Position numbers and translations under genes: made by a program. A stretch of 64,000 bases of DNA, taken from assembly GCF_000143415.4 (NCBI RefSeq), contig NW_003314296.1:1024930-1088929 (forward strand). The letters are read 5' to 3'. The notes beneath the pieces are model-generated. The model made no database searches and had not been told where the DNA came from. It saw nothing but the letters and a program-made list of their open reading frames with translations. This document shows, in pieces, positions 60,691 through 64,000 of this stretch (its first letter is position 1; each line of letters starts with the position of its first letter). This DNA comes from Selaginella moellendorffii. Lineage: Eukaryota; Plantae; Lycopodiophyta.

Positions 60691-61406
60691 CCAAAGCATC
60701 AAGAAATGTGCAATTGCCCCCCAATTGCCCCACTATCACATACCTTTATAGGAAAGAAAGCAAGAACACTCCTCTATTTGATTAAATTTGCTTAGGGCCA
60801 CTGTGTTGCCAATAGTAGGCTGTGAAGCCATCTCCCTTGCTCTAGAATTCTCCCTCAAACCCTTTCAATCTTCTCAGGAGAACACTAACCCTCAAGAACA
60901 CTCTCAAATTTAAGATTAATATTTAAGGGTTATTGTGTTGCCATTAACAAGCTGTGGAATGCTCCACTGATAACCCCACCCTCTTGACTGACACAATCCT
61001 CTCTGGTTGGAGCTCACACACAAACTCAAGGCAGCTGTGTTGCCATTGAAATCCCTTTGGACTTTTCAATCTAAGTTTTATAAGATCATTGTTAAACATT
61101 ATTAAACATTATTAAACACTTTTCAATGCTTTACAAAAGGGGTGAGAAAAAGTAAAGCCTAGCCTAATCCTCCACCTTATATCTCTTATTTTCCTAAAAC
61201 TATCTTTATCCACACTTTGTCTTGTAGCAAAGATTTTAAGCACAAATCACAAAAAAAATATCCTAATGGATTTCCACCTTCTGACTAAGTCTAAGCCTTC
61301 TCAAGATGCAACCTATTTTGTTCTAGAGTGGACTAGATAAATTCCTCTTGCCCCACTAGGCCATGATCTATTTGTGTTTCTTCTCAATTCACGAACTCAC
61401 AAACCA

Positions 61407-64000
61407 ATGGCAGCATCACCGCCCCAAGTGAATCACGAATGGTCGAGCGCTCAAGAGATTTCACTCTCTTTGGATGTTGTAGCGGCTGCAAGAACTCACC
61501 TGGAGTTTCTATCAGTGGTACACGCAAATTACAGGCTTTTCGAGGAGCCTGCTTTAAACAGAGCGATTGAGAGGTTTATCTTCTACACTTTCTAACCTTG
61601 TGATTAATTTTCTTTGTCTCTCCCAAAACTAGATATCAGTACTGTTGTCTTCCATTGCTAGCCAGTTCTTCGTCAAGACTCCTTCCACCACTTGACTGCG
61701 AATGGATTTGGCACTGCCATCGCTTGAATCCAGTGAGTCTTAAAAGGATAATTCCATATTTTTCTAGATTGCTGATACTTGTACGCTGGAGTAGATCCAA
61801 TATGCCGAGGATTGCAAAAGACTTTTTGGAAAAATAGTGGACACACCTTGCCTGGAGAAGTCCAAGAATGCTCTCCAACAAAGTATTGTTGCTTGGACTT
61901 CCAGCTTTCCAGACGAACCGTATGAACTCGAAGAGAAAATCTCTTTGACGAGACCATTGTACTCCGGAAGATCGAGTGGCATCTCCTACAACTTGGCTGA
62001 TGCGGTTCTCAGGCAGCAAAAGTTTTACTATCAGGTACGTGATGGTTTGCTTTTAGACCTATGAAACTTGGAACTCATTGCAGTAGCTATAACAGGTTTC
62101 CGGGCCGCACTACGTTGACAAGAACTTCTTACGCGCTGCCGCTGCTCGATACAAGGCCTTTCTCCATCTGGTCGCCCGACACACATCTGCAGCATCGGTG
62201 TTCTTAGTTCCCACTTACGACATTGATTTGATATGGCACACGCATCAACTTCATCCTGTGAGTTACAGAAGCGACCTCACACGGTTATTTGGAAGGATCT
62301 TCGAACATGATGATACAGACAGTAACAGAGATCCTGGAGGAAAATTGGACAAAGGATTCGCAAAAACTCTGTATCTGTGGGAATCTTTATATGATTTGCC
62401 ATACGAGAAGGCAGGGTGCATGTATAGAGGGGAGCCGCCAGCAGCGATTTCGGGAACGATTGCTTATGATCCCACCAAGCTCGCGAGTCTCTCTTGCAGA
62501 AACAAGGTTTCACTGAAAGCCAGGAACACTATCCAGGTATATGGTCAGAACTTTTGCAAGTTCGGTATGAATCACTCTGGTCGTTCAAACGCAGGTTCGT
62601 CTCTCCGTGCGAGGTTCCAAAGGTTTGCCGCAGGATGGCATGGTCTCTTTCGTTTTCAGCATGTTAAAGAAAACAAGTTTTGAGCTCCATAGCCAAAATC
62701 GCATAGGCTCATCGCCGAGGAATATAGTTTCGTCCATGACACCCGAGCTATCCACCGAGGGGCTGGTGATCACAGCTTGGAAGAAGGGAATGTTCACGTC
62801 CAAAACGCTGGGACGACTCGTCATTCCGTGGAAAAACCTCAGCGCTTCCGAGACGCAGTCGCTTGGCGGCTGGTTTCCAATGCAAGACACAAAGAAGGAC
62901 CGAGAAGTGTTGGTGCTGGTTTACATCTCCGCTACTCCTCCGGTCACTGCGAATTATCTCTTGAGAAGCGTGAGAGTGGGAGACACTGGAGAAGATGGAG
63001 TCACTCGCAGCAGTTTTAGTTCTCAAGGCGTGTGGATAACAAGGACTGTCTTCGATCATGCCAACAAGGAATGTTTCGTCATTCGTTGCCGGTAAGTTTG
63101 CCATGTTTTTCTTTTTTGTGGATGACATGAATCGCTCGATCTCTCCTTTGCTGTCTAGATACAAACGTGAAGGAGGTAAACGTCTCCCAGACACTGATAA
63201 AGTTGTGAATGTTCATCGGACATACAAAGGCTCCAGCTCCATTGATGGTAATACAACAATCACAAAGTTTTCACTCTTCTGTTTTTCTCAATTCTTCCTA
63301 GGTGAGGTTCTTGGATCTGCAAGACAGCTCGAGAGACCATCCAAGGACTCACGAAGGTGGTCTCTTCTGGACGATGCCATTGTTTTAGTCATGGAAAAGG
63401 ACGCGAGTGACAAGCAGTGGAACATGAGACCAGGAATGAGCTTGAATGTGGAGTTTAAGTCCGAGGACTGTCCAGTAAGTTGTCATATTCGAAGAACATG
63501 ATCATTAACCGAGTTATCTCTTTTTTTCATATTAATAAGATCGCGCTTCTTCCCGGTCGCCACTTGGAGTTTTCTGTGCCTGGATCATCAGACCAAATGG
63601 AAGCATGCTTTGTGACAATGGTGAGATTCACAAGCGACGCACCTCAAGGGAAAGCAACAGCGCTCATCAACTGGCGCTCCGGTGGCATGGAGGTGAACAT
63701 TTTTTTCTTTCCATTCTGGATCCAGGAAGCAAACTAAGCGTATAGATTGATCCCAACGAGGATGTGCTACTTGTGCTCCTTTTTTCCGCAACCATAAGCA
63801 TGTCCGTGTCTGATATGCTTGGCAAAGGAATTCCTCCGTGGGCAAAACCAAGAGCTTTGGAAGAAGAAGATCAAGTTCACTGGGGTGAGTAGAGTATGCT
63901 TGTCGAGTCTAAATTCTAAGTGCATTGTTTAACAGGTGCCGTGAAGATCGACCATGATGGTCTTGGTGGTGAAATCTATTCTTGGTACAATGCTGGTTTA
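61407..64000 (+). CDS. Glycine-rich domain-containing protein (GRDP1/2-like, DUF1399), multi-exon, truncated by the window end
   Basis: SLDVVAAARTHLEFL, RAIER|Y..CCLPLLA, LLPPLDCEWIWHCHRLNP, FLVPTYDIDLIWHTHQLHP, EHDDTDSNR.PGGKLDKGF, YEKAGCMYRG, GKATALINW. Confidence 0.9.

Overview
This is eukaryotic nuclear DNA from a compact land-plant genome. Introns are about 50-170 bp with some GC-AG, intergenic gaps are very short, and PPR and F-box genes are present. A lycophyte such as Selaginella is the best guess (inference only). Four zones: (1) 1-11.6 kb holds LTR fragments, an AT-rich island and a run of deletion-riddled gene remnants (PPR, tRNA, glutamyl-tRNA reductase HEMA, cathepsin I29 propeptide, LRR). 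(2) 11.7-31.4 kb is gene-dense: a bicupin storage-type protein, a plastid-type membrane protein, NUP54, tRNA-Arg(CCG), two intact tRNA-Ile(AAT), two intact stand-alone RNase H genes, a SAM-dependent methyltransferase, an F-box gene, an orphan Copia gag N-terminus, an RluA-type pseudouridine synthase lacking its catalytic HRLD segment, and a frameshifted PPR. Much of this comes from repeated local duplication of a tRNA/RNase H/methyltransferase/F-box unit followed by deletion-driven decay. (3) 31.6-60.7 kb is a nested retroelement cluster: a decayed chromovirus, a decayed Ty3/gypsy element with an extra ORF, solo LTRs with TSDs, a young 674-bp TRIM and a MITE. (4) 61.4-64 kb is a GRDP/DUF1399-type gene running off the end. 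The most interesting item is the duplicated RT-less RNase H, whose two copies differ by 8 synonymous and 2 non-synonymous changes (hand count) with no indels while their neighbours decay.
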